This document shows positions 1 through 8,911 of a stretch of 53,728 nt of DNA, in pieces. The stretch covers positions 1-53,728 of the forward strand of contig JBDRBU010000118.1 of assembly GCA_043822305.1 (NCBI GenBank). Direction: 5' to 3'. The number at the start of each line of letters is the position of its first letter. The first letter of the stretch is position 1. A program made the position numbers and the translations under genes. The notes under the pieces are model-generated. The model was given only the letters and a program-made list of their open reading frames with translations. It had not been told where the DNA came from and searched no databases. The DNA is from Candidatus Firestoneibacteriota bacterium (lineage in GTDB: Bacteria; Oederibacteriota; D2-FULL-39-29; JBDRBU01).

Positions 1-277
1 AGGATAATTTAAAGGTTGCAAAAGAAGCGAGATTGATGTATTATTATGAAAAGAAAGTTGTTGTAAAACTTAAGACGGGAGAGCCAGAGCTTGTATACAA
101 CTCCTCCGCAGCTTTATGACAAAATCGAAAAATAATTCCGGAGGACGATTAATGCGAGGATAGATATTGCACAATGGTCAGAGAGGACAGCGATAGCAGT
201 TGCAAAGATACGAGGGGCATATTATTATAATGGTTTTGATGTATAAATTAGAATTGAACTAAAATTTTCAAAAAGTA

Positions 278-306
278 TTGACAAAAAGTTAAAAACATAG
301 TAAGAT
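278..306 (+). promoter_or_regulatory. Sigma70-type promoter
   Basis: TTGACA (278-283), 17-bp spacer, TAAGAT (301-306), upstream of the LysM lipoprotein gene. Confidence 0.7.
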
Positions 307-482
307 AAAATTGTAGTAAAAATCAAGACAAGGAGGTGGGTGAAAAAAATAGTAACAGGTTTAGAACTAAAGTTGGATAATAGATAAGGTTCTCTCTATC
401 ATCCACTAAAATTTCAGAAGAACCAAATTTATTGTGTGGTAGGTCAACTGTTTGTGACGCTACCAAATTCTTACTGAAGACC

Positions 483-510
483 GTCATTGCGAGCGGTAGC
501 AAAGCAATCT
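483..510 (+). repeat. GTCATTGCGAG...AAGCAATC palindromic repeat, copy 1
   Basis: gtcattgcgagcggtagcaaagcaatct; related copy at 49902-49930; ATTGC/GCAAT stem. Confidence 0.6.
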
Positions 511-542
511 GACAAGCAAAAATTTATGAGGAGGTAATAAAC

Positions 543-1532
543 ATGAAAAAGATTTTGATTTTTTTGATGAGTTGTAGTTTAATGTTTTACGGTTGTGCAG
601 AGAAGAAAGTAATAGTAAAACCTGAAGAAAGCAAAGTAATGGAAAATGCAAAAGTTGCCATAGAGGAGGCAAAGAAAGATATAGCAGATGCTAAAGAAGT
701 TGGAGCAGATAAGTATTCCAAGGAACTACTTGATTCTGCTGAATCGAAATTAGTAGTTGCCGAGGAGTCATTTGGTAAAAAAGATTATGAGGTTGCGTTA
801 AACTTTGCAAAGAAATCATCAGAAGATGCGAAACTGGCGAAGTTAAAAACATTAGCCGGAAAAGCAATAGAACAAGCAAAGAATGATATAATCTCAGCAA
901 AAGAGATTAAAGCAGACGAAATTGCCACTGATTTGATAAAAAGTGCAGAAGAAAATCTTCAAACTGCACAAGCATCTTTTGAAAATAAAGATTATGCGAA
1001 AGCACTTGAATATGCTAGTAAATCATCAGAAGATACTAATTCTGCTAAAAAATTAGTGGAATTATCAAATAAAGCAAAAAGTTTAATTGAACAGGCGGAA
1101 TTAGATGTTGGAGAAGCTAAAAAAATTGGTGCAGAAAAAAGCGTACAAGAGTTAGTAGATACCGCCATAGATAATTTAAAAAAAGCGTTAAAAAGTTATG
1201 AAGAAAAGATTTTTCTTAAAGCAATAGAGTACGCATTAAAAGCATCAGATGAGGCAAAAGCGGCCAAAGCAGCCTGTGAAGCAAAAAAAGCACAAGAGCA
1301 GATATATACCGTAATTAAAGGAGATTGTTTATGGAATATTTCTAAAGATGGGAAAAATTATGGTGACCCATTTATGTGGCCATTGATTTACAAAGCGAAT
1401 AAAGATAAGATAAAAGATCCTGATTTAATTTATCCAAACCAGGAATTTAATGTTCCGGCTAATTATGATGAGAAAGACAAAAATGAATCTAAAGATGCTG
1501 CCAAAAAAGCACCTTATAAAAAGAAAAAATAA
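543..1532 (+). CDS. Lipoprotein with Ala-rich helical repeats (DUF4398-like) and C-terminal LysM peptidoglycan-binding domain
   Basis: Lipobox FYGC; three repeats of ~AKxAIEQAxxDIxxAKxxGA; LysM motif YTVIKGDCLWNIS...WPLIYKANKDKIKDPDLIYPNQ; RBS gaggaggt. Confidence 0.85.
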   Translation: MKKILIFLMSCSLMFYGCAEKKVIVKPEESKVMENAKVAIEEAKKDIADAKEVGADKYSKELLDSAESKLVVAEESFGKKDYEVALNFAKKSSEDAKLAKLKTLAGKAIEQAKNDIISAKEIKADEIATDLIKSAEENLQTAQASFENKDYAKALEYASKSSEDTNSAKKLVELSNKAKSLIEQAELDVGEAKKIGAEKSVQELVDTAIDNLKKALKSYEEKIFLKAIEYALKASDEAKAAKAACEAKKAQEQIYTVIKGDCLWNISKDGKNYGDPFMWPLIYKANKDKIKDPDLIYPNQEFNVPANYDEKDKNESKDAAKKAPYKKKK

Positions 1533-1567
1533 AAGGGGTCAGAGTCAAAATGGGAGGTAAAATTTTT

Positions 1568-3505
1568 ATGGCAAAATTTGATAAGTTCTTAAATAAGTTT
1601 AGTTTTGGACTAATAGTTATTTTTGTTAGTTCCTTGCTTTCCTGTGTTCCATCTTCTTATTTTAAAAGTATAACTAATGAAAATTTAAACGAAATTTTGA
1701 AAAAATCTCCCAAGCAGGAAGATTATCCAAATGCAGAAGCAATTCTTCTTAATAACTATTCCTATATGGAAATGTTTGAAGATGGAACAAGTGTCGTCAG
1801 GGAATTGTCAAGATATAAAATACTTAATGAAAGAGGATATGATTTTGCATCTCAGTCGATTGGTTACAGGGAAGGATATCAGGAAGTTAAGATATTTTTT
1901 GCAAATACAATAAAAGCAGATGGAAGTGTAGTCCGATTAGAAGAGAAGGATATAAAAGATTTTGCTCCATATGCTGAAGTTGAGTTTTATACAGATATAA
2001 AACAGAAAAAGTTTACGATGCCAGCCATTGAGCCAGGTTGTATAATTGAATATTCATATGAGGTTAAAAATATTAAACCATTGCTTCCATATGATATTTA
2101 TTCTTTATTCAGGTGTAAAACTAGAATACCCATAAAAGAAGATATATTGGAAGTTGTGGTCCCTAAAAATAAAAGTTTAAAGTATAAGATGTTTGTCACA
2201 GATATTTTACCCGAAATAGACGAGAAAGATAATAAGAAAAGATACATTTTTAAAAGTTTAAATCAAAATGAAATAATTCGCGAACCAAGGATGCCATCTG
2301 TATATGATAAAGAAACATTTCCACAATTTTATGCCTGGACTCTTGATAGTTGGGATACTATTTCAAAGTGGTATATAAATTTAGTTAAAGAACAAATGCA
2401 GGTTGATGATGAACTTAAAAATTTTACAGAAGCACTTATTAAGGACAAGAAAACAAATGAGGAGAAAATCAAAGAAATGTTTTATTTTGTTTCCCAAAAA
2501 GTCAGATATGTGGCCGTAGAGTTAGGCCCTTATACACACAAGCCTCATTCTGCCGTTGAAGTTTTTAAGAAAAAATATGGAGATTGCAAAGATAAAACAA
2601 CTCTTTTACTTACTATGTTAAAAATAGCAAGCATAGAAGGTTTCCCTACTTTAGTGCCAGCCAATATGGAAATTTTAGATGAAGGTGTTCCAACTATGAA
2701 TGTTTTTAATCATGTTATCGCCATTATTCCTAAAGGTAATAATGAGTATTACTATCTTGATGCGACTAATGAAGTAGGTAGTTTTGATTCTATCCCATTT
2801 GGTATGCCCATCAAAGTTTTTGTTATAGACTATAATGGAAATGGTAAGTTTATTACGACACCGGAGGCTAAAGATGATAAAGATTATTATTATAGTCTAT
2901 TTACTTACAATATAGATGAAAATGGAGATGCAGATTTAGAATATAATTATAAATATTATGGAAAAGCAGCAGAAGGTTATAGATATATGTTTAAGTATAC
3001 TTCTCCTGAAGAAAGAAAAAAATATTTTGAAAAGCAAGGGATAGAAGTAAAGGATTTGAAATTTTCTAACATAGACAATGTAGAAGAACCTTTTTCTTAT
3101 ACTTTAAAAGGAAATGTTAAAAATTTAGCTCAGAAAGTAGATGAGAATATAATGATATTATCGGATATTGTTTCAATAGATTCGTATAGGGATATTACAA
3201 CTACTCAGGATAGAAAATTCCCAATAAGCTTTCAACTATCAATGTTAAGTAAATCAAAAGTGGTTTATAATCTTCCAAAAGGTTATAAAATAAAAAATAT
3301 TCCAAAAGAATATATTAGAGATGACCCGTATAAGAAAGGTTTTATGAAGTTTGAATTTAAAGATAATGCTTTTGAAACATATAGTGAAACGAAGAATTAT
3401 AAATATAAAATTTTACTATCAGAATTCGAAAATTTCAAAAGTCATGCCTTAGAAATTCAGAAATACGAATCAAATGTAAAAAGTATAATTTTTGAAAAGA
3501 AGTAA
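1568..3505 (+). CDS. DUF3857/transglutaminase-like domain lipoprotein
   Basis: Start moved to ATG 1568 (RBS ggaggt); lipobox LLSC; catalytic triad motifs GDCKDK, FNHVI, YLDAT; FTMPAIEPGCIIEYSY typical of DUF3857. Confidence 0.8.
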   Translation: MAKFDKFLNKFSFGLIVIFVSSLLSCVPSSYFKSITNENLNEILKKSPKQEDYPNAEAILLNNYSYMEMFEDGTSVVRELSRYKILNERGYDFASQSIGYREGYQEVKIFFANTIKADGSVVRLEEKDIKDFAPYAEVEFYTDIKQKKFTMPAIEPGCIIEYSYEVKNIKPLLPYDIYSLFRCKTRIPIKEDILEVVVPKNKSLKYKMFVTDILPEIDEKDNKKRYIFKSLNQNEIIREPRMPSVYDKETFPQFYAWTLDSWDTISKWYINLVKEQMQVDDELKNFTEALIKDKKTNEEKIKEMFYFVSQKVRYVAVELGPYTHKPHSAVEVFKKKYGDCKDKTTLLLTMLKIASIEGFPTLVPANMEILDEGVPTMNVFNHVIAIIPKGNNEYYYLDATNEVGSFDSIPFGMPIKVFVIDYNGNGKFITTPEAKDDKDYYYSLFTYNIDENGDADLEYNYKYYGKAAEGYRYMFKYTSPEERKKYFEKQGIEVKDLKFSNIDNVEEPFSYTLKGNVKNLAQKVDENIMILSDIVSIDSYRDITTTQDRKFPISFQLSMLSKSKVVYNLPKGYKIKNIPKEYIRDDPYKKGFMKFEFKDNAFETYSETKNYKYKILLSEFENFKSHALEIQKYESNVKSIIFEKK

Positions 3506-3508
3506 GTA

Positions 3509-6241
3509 ATGAAAAAAATATTTATCTTTCCTTTTAGAATATTAAAGGATAAAATCCCTGCGGAATTAGTGCTTCATTTTGCTCTGAAAAATTTTCCTAA
3601 TCCCAAAGGGAAAATTTGTTATATTGCTCCTACCCAAAGGAAAGTCAATGAAACAAAAGGAATTTTTAAGACCTCCAATAATATAGATTTTTATAATCCT
3701 GATAGTTTTACTGGTGAGATTTATAATGAATATTCCAGCAGAAGAGTTATAGATGAAAAAACCAAATTACTTTTAATCTTAGATATTTTAAGTTCTACTG
3801 AAAAGTTTAAAAAAATATTTGGTAACTCCACAGGAACTATTTCTTTGATTTTTGAATTTATTAATAACTTAAAATTTTGTCTTTATCAAAATGAAATTCC
3901 TTTATTAAGAAAAAAGGTTGAAAAACTCTTAAATGGTTATGATCTAGTTAAGGAACAAGGGTTACTGGCCATAGATATTTTTGAAACTTATGAAAATGTT
4001 ATTAAAGGGAAAAACATAATAGATGAAATAGATAAAAAGTTAGAAGTAGCGAATATTATAGAAAAAAATAAGATTAATTTTGATATATGTGTCTTTGATG
4101 GATTTTATGATTTGCCAAAAGTAGAAGAAATTTTATTTGAGAAAATTATAAACAATAGTAAAAATGTGCTGGCTATTGTTTATCATGATAAAAGAATAGA
4201 TGAAATTCAGAACCTGGAAAATGATTTTTTAATTTTTTTAAACAAATTTAAAGATTTTGAGATTTCAGAGGAGAAGCCAAATTATAAGATAAGAATTAAA
4301 AATGGAGAAGATGTAATAAAGGCGATATCAATAGAAGATGAAGTAACCAGTGTGGCCAGAGCCATAAGATATTTGGGTGAAGAAGAAAAAATAAAGGAAG
4401 AAGATATTATAGTAACTTTCCCTTCTATGTATGCTTACATACCATACATTGAAAGAATTTTCAAAAAGTATAATATAAATTTTACGACATCAGTAGAAAA
4501 ATCATTTAGTTCTTTCCCGCAAGTTATCCCAGTGATAACACTTTTAGAATGTATCTTAGAAAATTACCCACGAAGAAAAATAATAGATATTGTTACATCA
4601 AATTATTTTAATAGATTTTCAAGTAAGGTCAAGGATTTGATTTCTATTGTTTCAAGAAAAGCAGGGATAGTTTGCGGTCTAGGAGAATGGCTGGAAATTG
4701 ATATAAGGATAAAAGACAATGATAAAAAGTTTTATGAAAAGTATCAAAAAGATATAGAATTAATTAAAAAAGAACTTGAAGAATTTTTTAAATTAACGAA
4801 GATAAACAAAAAAATTTCTTTATCTGAATTTGTATTGTTCTTAAAAAATCTTCTCGATGGTTTACGAGCTGAAATAACCAATGAAGAGGTAAAAAAAGTA
4901 TTTAATGAAATATTGGATTCATTTATATCCCATACTAAAATTTTTGGTGAAAAACACTATGATTTTGTTGATATTTGTTTAATGTTCAAAAATATTTTAG
5001 CCAGAACAAATTTCGAAAAAGAGTATTTTCATAATGGTGTAAAAGTATTAGGTATTCTTGAGACAAGAGGTTTATATGCGAAATATATTTTCTTTGGTGG
5101 TCTTGGTGATGGAGATTATCCATTAAAACCAAAGCAAGAAATGATATTGCCTGATAAAGTAAGGAAAGAATTTGGTTTAATGTATTTTGAAAGAAGAATA
5201 AACATACAAAGATTGCATTTCTATAGACTTATAGAATCTTCTGAAATAGATACATTTCTTTCTTATCCCATGCAAGAAAAAGATAAAGTAATTCTACCAT
5301 CAAATTTTTTACCACAAATTATAAATAATGTTAAACATCACCATTTTAACCTTGAAAATGTGCATTTTAATGAAGAAGAAAGACAAAGACATAATGGCGG
5401 ATTAACGAGAAAAGAATTTGAAGGTTTTAAGAAAATTGAATTTATGAACCCGGATGAGATGAGGAAAATTATAGGTAAGTTTTATGGCGAAGATAAATAT
5501 ATAAGTGTTACTGTCTTAGATAAATATATAAAATGTCCTTTTATTTTTTATATAGAAGAAGTTCTTAAAATCCTGCCTTTTAAAGAACCAACATATGAAT
5601 TAGACAATGCTACTTTTGGTAAAATAGTGCATTCAGTAATGAAAGATACATTTAAGGAAGGGGAAAAGAATATTGATAATATTAGGAAAAGCGTTTATAT
5701 CTCTTTAGATGATATTTTAAATAAAGAAAGATTAAAACCTTTCTGGAAGGATTTTATTAAAAATAAAATTGATTTTATTGTTGATAATATTGTAAAAGAA
5801 GAAACAAAACTAATGAATGTTTTTCCTAATATTTTATATTTAGAGAAATATGTTAAAGCAGAAATAATACCTAATAAATTAAGACTTAAGGGTAAAATAG
5901 ATAGAGTAGATATAAATGGAGATAATTTTCTTGTAATAGATTATAAAACAGGTAGCGGTATCTCTGGTTTTATTACTGATACAAATAAAATAAGAAGTTT
6001 ACAGTTAGCCTTATACGCTAAAATAGTTATGGTAGAAAATTCAAGATTAAGTTTAGGTGGGTTAGGCGTGTATAATTTAAGAGAAGGCAGAATAAAATTT
6101 ATTGGAGAGAAAATATTAAATAATTTAATTGAAGAAGCAGTAAAGAAAGCAGAAGAAATAGTACATAATATAAGAAACACTAATTTCACAAAAATTGAAG
6201 AAAAAAATTGTTGGAGATGTAGATATAAAGGAGTATGTTAA
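3509..6241 (+). CDS. AddB/RexB-like protein: degenerate helicase scaffold plus C-terminal PD-(D/E)XK nuclease with Fe-S cysteines
   Basis: FDGFYD, KCPF, GKIVH, LKGKIDRVD...IDYKTG, LQLALY, C-terminal CWRCRYKGVC (CxxCx5C). Confidence 0.8.
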   Translation: MKKIFIFPFRILKDKIPAELVLHFALKNFPNPKGKICYIAPTQRKVNETKGIFKTSNNIDFYNPDSFTGEIYNEYSSRRVIDEKTKLLLILDILSSTEKFKKIFGNSTGTISLIFEFINNLKFCLYQNEIPLLRKKVEKLLNGYDLVKEQGLLAIDIFETYENVIKGKNIIDEIDKKLEVANIIEKNKINFDICVFDGFYDLPKVEEILFEKIINNSKNVLAIVYHDKRIDEIQNLENDFLIFLNKFKDFEISEEKPNYKIRIKNGEDVIKAISIEDEVTSVARAIRYLGEEEKIKEEDIIVTFPSMYAYIPYIERIFKKYNINFTTSVEKSFSSFPQVIPVITLLECILENYPRRKIIDIVTSNYFNRFSSKVKDLISIVSRKAGIVCGLGEWLEIDIRIKDNDKKFYEKYQKDIELIKKELEEFFKLTKINKKISLSEFVLFLKNLLDGLRAEITNEEVKKVFNEILDSFISHTKIFGEKHYDFVDICLMFKNILARTNFEKEYFHNGVKVLGILETRGLYAKYIFFGGLGDGDYPLKPKQEMILPDKVRKEFGLMYFERRINIQRLHFYRLIESSEIDTFLSYPMQEKDKVILPSNFLPQIINNVKHHHFNLENVHFNEEERQRHNGGLTRKEFEGFKKIEFMNPDEMRKIIGKFYGEDKYISVTVLDKYIKCPFIFYIEEVLKILPFKEPTYELDNATFGKIVHSVMKDTFKEGEKNIDNIRKSVYISLDDILNKERLKPFWKDFIKNKIDFIVDNIVKEETKLMNVFPNILYLEKYVKAEIIPNKLRLKGKIDRVDINGDNFLVIDYKTGSGISGFITDTNKIRSLQLALYAKIVMVENSRLSLGGLGVYNLREGRIKFIGEKILNNLIEEAVKKAEEIVHNIRNTNFTKIEEKNCWRCRYKGVC

Positions 6242-6266
6242 AAACAGGGACACATCCTGTTTTTTT
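6241..6266 (+). terminator. Probable intrinsic terminator formed around a GGGACACATCC repeat
   Basis: aaaacagg-gacacat-cctgtttt stem-loop followed by a T run, directly after the AddB-like stop codon. Confidence 0.55.
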
Positions 6267-6288
6267 AGTAGATAAAGATGATAAAAAA

Positions 6289-6297
6289 TGATATAAT
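6289..6297 (+). promoter_or_regulatory. Extended -10 promoter element for glnA
   Basis: TGaTATAAT; the same motif in an A-rich context recurs upstream of the first PPIase gene and rpsB. Confidence 0.55.
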
Positions 6298-6330
6298 TTA
6301 TTCATGAAAAGAATTTTAAAAGGAGGGAAG

Positions 6331-7698
6331 ATGCAGAACAAGATTAATAATAAAAATACATTGAAAGGGGTAAAAGCAAGAGATGCAAAAGATGTGATAA
6401 AACTTTGTAAGGAATATGATATAAAATTTGTAAGGTTATGGTTTTCTGATATTTTAGGGGTTTTAAAAGGATTCGCCATAACCATAGAAGAATTAGAAGG
6501 GGCTTTGTCCGAAGGTATGGGTTTTGATGGAAGTAGTATTGAAGGATTTGCAAGAATAGACGAGAGTGATATGATCGCCTTACCCGACCCATCAACTTTC
6601 CAGATTTTACCCTGGAGACCATCTGAGAATGCTGTCGGTAGGATGCATTGTGATATTAAACAACCAGATGGGAGTTCATATGAAGGGGACCCCAGATATG
6701 TTTTAAGAAGAATATTAAAAAAAGCATCTAATTTAGGATACACTTTTAATGTTGGTCCCGAATTAGAATATTTTTATTTTAAAGATTCAACAAATACTAC
6801 TGTTCTTGACCAGGGAGGATATTTTGATTTAACTCCACTTGATATGGGAACAGATATGAGAAGGGAAACTATATCTTATTTGGAAGCATTAGGGATTAAA
6901 GTAGAATATAGCCATCATGAAGTAGCACCATCTCAACATGAAATAGACTTAAGATATGCTGATGCTTTAACTATGGCCGATAATGTTATGACTTATAGAC
7001 TTGTCGTAAAAGAAGTTGCACAAAAAAATGGTGTCTATGCTACTTTTATGCCAAAACCTATGTTTGGGCATAATGGAAGCGGAATGCATGTTCATCAGAG
7101 TTTATTTAAAGGAAATACGAATGCATTCTTTGAATTAAAAGATAAATATCATCTTTCTAAAATTGCAAAATGTTATATAGCCGGATTGTTAAAACATGCT
7201 AAAGAAATAACGGCTATAACAAGTCAATGGGTTAACTCTTACAAAAGGTTAGTTCCTGGTTATGAGGCACCAGTTTATATTTCATGGGCAAGAAGGAACA
7301 GGTCGGATTTAATAAGAATACCAATGTATAAACCAGGGAAGGAAAAGGCGACAAGAGTTGAGTATCGTTCGCCGGATCCTGCTTGTAATCCTTACTTAGC
7401 CTTTGCGGTGATGCTGGCTGCTGGTTTAAAAGGGATTGAAGAAAATTATCCTTTATCAGAACCTGTTGAGAGGAATGTTTATGAGATGAGCGAAGAAGAG
7501 AGAATGAAATTTGGTATTGGTTCTCTTCCTGGTAGTTTAATTGAAGCAGTTGAAATAACAGAAAAAAGTAAATTAATAAAAGAAACATTAGGAACCCATG
7601 TATTTGAGAACTTCATCAAGAATAAGAAAATAGAATGGGATAACTATAGAATTCAAATTACATCATGGGAAAAAGAGAAGTACTTACCAATATTATAA
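6331..7698 (+). CDS. glnA: Glutamine synthetase type I
   Basis: FDGSSIEGF, HHEVAPSQHEI, ATFMPKP, NGSGMHVHQS, YKRLVPGYEAP, RVEYRSPDPACNPYL; RBS aggaggg before ATG 6331. Confidence 0.97.
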   Translation: MQNKINNKNTLKGVKARDAKDVIKLCKEYDIKFVRLWFSDILGVLKGFAITIEELEGALSEGMGFDGSSIEGFARIDESDMIALPDPSTFQILPWRPSENAVGRMHCDIKQPDGSSYEGDPRYVLRRILKKASNLGYTFNVGPELEYFYFKDSTNTTVLDQGGYFDLTPLDMGTDMRRETISYLEALGIKVEYSHHEVAPSQHEIDLRYADALTMADNVMTYRLVVKEVAQKNGVYATFMPKPMFGHNGSGMHVHQSLFKGNTNAFFELKDKYHLSKIAKCYIAGLLKHAKEITAITSQWVNSYKRLVPGYEAPVYISWARRNRSDLIRIPMYKPGKEKATRVEYRSPDPACNPYLAFAVMLAAGLKGIEENYPLSEPVERNVYEMSEEERMKFGIGSLPGSLIEAVEITEKSKLIKETLGTHVFENFIKNKKIEWDNYRIQITSWEKEKYLPIL

Positions 7699-7700
7699 TA

Positions 7701-7790
7701 AATGGGGACAGCGACTATTTAGCATATTATGTCGGGGTCAGGGACGACCCCGACTCCATTTTTATACCGCAGGCTAAAGCCGGCGACTAC
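7701..7790. repeat. Cluster of three different REP-like elements between convergent glnA and speE
   Basis: aatggggacagcgac (7701); gtcggggtc-aggg-ac-gaccccgac hairpin (7731-7754); cgcaggctaaagccggcgactac (7768-7790). Confidence 0.65.
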
Positions 7791-7792
7791 CA

Positions 7793-8701
7793 TTAACTAC
7801 TTTTATCTAACACATATTTTTTTAACTTTTTAAATTTGTCAAAAGGGTTTTTATCTGTAGATACTCTGCCAAATTTTTCAATAATTTTAATTTCTTCAGG
7901 AGTCGCTTTTATCAAATAACTCGTTGGAGTAAATTGGTCAAGAATATATCCTTTATGATTTAAAGATTTTAAATTTTTGTATATGCGATTATAAGATATG
8001 GGTTTTTTTGAGGCAATTCTATATGTCCATCCCATGGCAAAACAAGGCATATCAATTCTGGCTGTAAGTATGTATGGATAAACCGATTTTAAAGTTTTAT
8101 ATATTGTTGAGTATGATTCTGGAAATATAACATAATTATCAGTGTGAATACTTAAGACCCCATTTTTATTTAATCTTTGAGTAGTTAATTTATAGAATTC
8201 TTTTGTGTAAAGCATTTTTGATGGACCATGTGGTTCTGTTAAATCTATGACTATTACATCAAACTTTTCTGGATTATCTTCAAGGTATTTTCTGGCATCC
8301 AAATAGACAATTTCTACTCTTTTATCTTTTAAAACTTTTTTAATTACAGGATAATGTTTTAAACAAAAATCCACAACTCCTTTATCAATCTCTACCATCA
8401 GTATTCTTTTTAATGACGAATGCTTTATGGCTTCTTCAAGAGCAAAGCAGTCACCACCACCAACTATACAAATGCTTTTTGGATTGTTATGTGCCAAAAG
8501 TGGTGCATCAACAAGATATTGGTGATATCTGTTTTCGTCTCTTTCCGAAATTTGAATTTTACCATCCAGAAAGAGTATCGTGCCAAAAGTTTTGTTTTTA
8601 AATATCTCCATAGTTTGAAAAGGTGTTTTACCGTAGTAAAGTCTTTTCCCGGTGTATATATGTCCAAATTCGTTTGTTGTCCATTCTGCTTTTTTTTGCA
8701 T
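7793..8701 (-). CDS. speE: Spermidine synthase / aminopropyltransferase family
   Basis: LFLDGKIQ, VGGGD, VEIDKGVV, FDVIVIDLTEPHGPS, LYTKEFY; start moved to ATG 8701 behind RBS ggaggt. Confidence 0.85.
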   Translation of the reverse strand: MQKKAEWTTNEFGHIYTGKRLYYGKTPFQTMEIFKNKTFGTILFLDGKIQISERDENRYHQYLVDAPLLAHNNPKSICIVGGGDCFALEEAIKHSSLKRILMVEIDKGVVDFCLKHYPVIKKVLKDKRVEIVYLDARKYLEDNPEKFDVIVIDLTEPHGPSKMLYTKEFYKLTTQRLNKNGVLSIHTDNYVIFPESYSTIYKTLKSVYPYILTARIDMPCFAMGWTYRIASKKPISYNRIYKNLKSLNHKGYILDQFTPTSYLIKATPEEIKIIEKFGRVSTDKNPFDKFKKLKKYVLDKSS

Positions 8702-8868
8702 TTTTACCTCCACAAGATAATAGGATTGAAATTCATATACTTGATTATACCAGAACTAATCAATGAAGTGAAGAATTATTTTCATTGAATTATTTTAAAA
8801 TTAAATGTATAATAAACATAATATGTAAGTCGTTAAAATATCGAAAATAATGTGTCCTGTATAAAACA

Positions 8869-8891
8869 CGCAGGCTAAAGCCTGCGGCTAC
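8869..8891 (-). repeat. GTAG-family REP (GTAGCCGCAGGCTTTAGCCTGCG on the minus strand)
   Basis: cgcaggctaaagcctgcggctac with a perfect CGCAGGC/GCCTGCG stem; 2 mismatches to the copy at 7768-7790. Confidence 0.7.
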
Positions 8892-8911
8892 AAATTACGA
8901 GGAGGCAAATT

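Noticed and set aside
1..246. Possible decayed PD-(D/E)XK-type gene at the window start (fragments EIDVLL, KVVVKLKTG, QLYD in different frames)
   Set aside because: It needs several frameshifts and the fragments are too short to assign by eye.
8708..8732. tccacaagataataggattgaaat resembles the 3' end of a CRISPR repeat; ataggattgaaat recurs near 35513
   Set aside because: These are isolated copies 27 kb apart, with no spacer periodicity and no cas genes.
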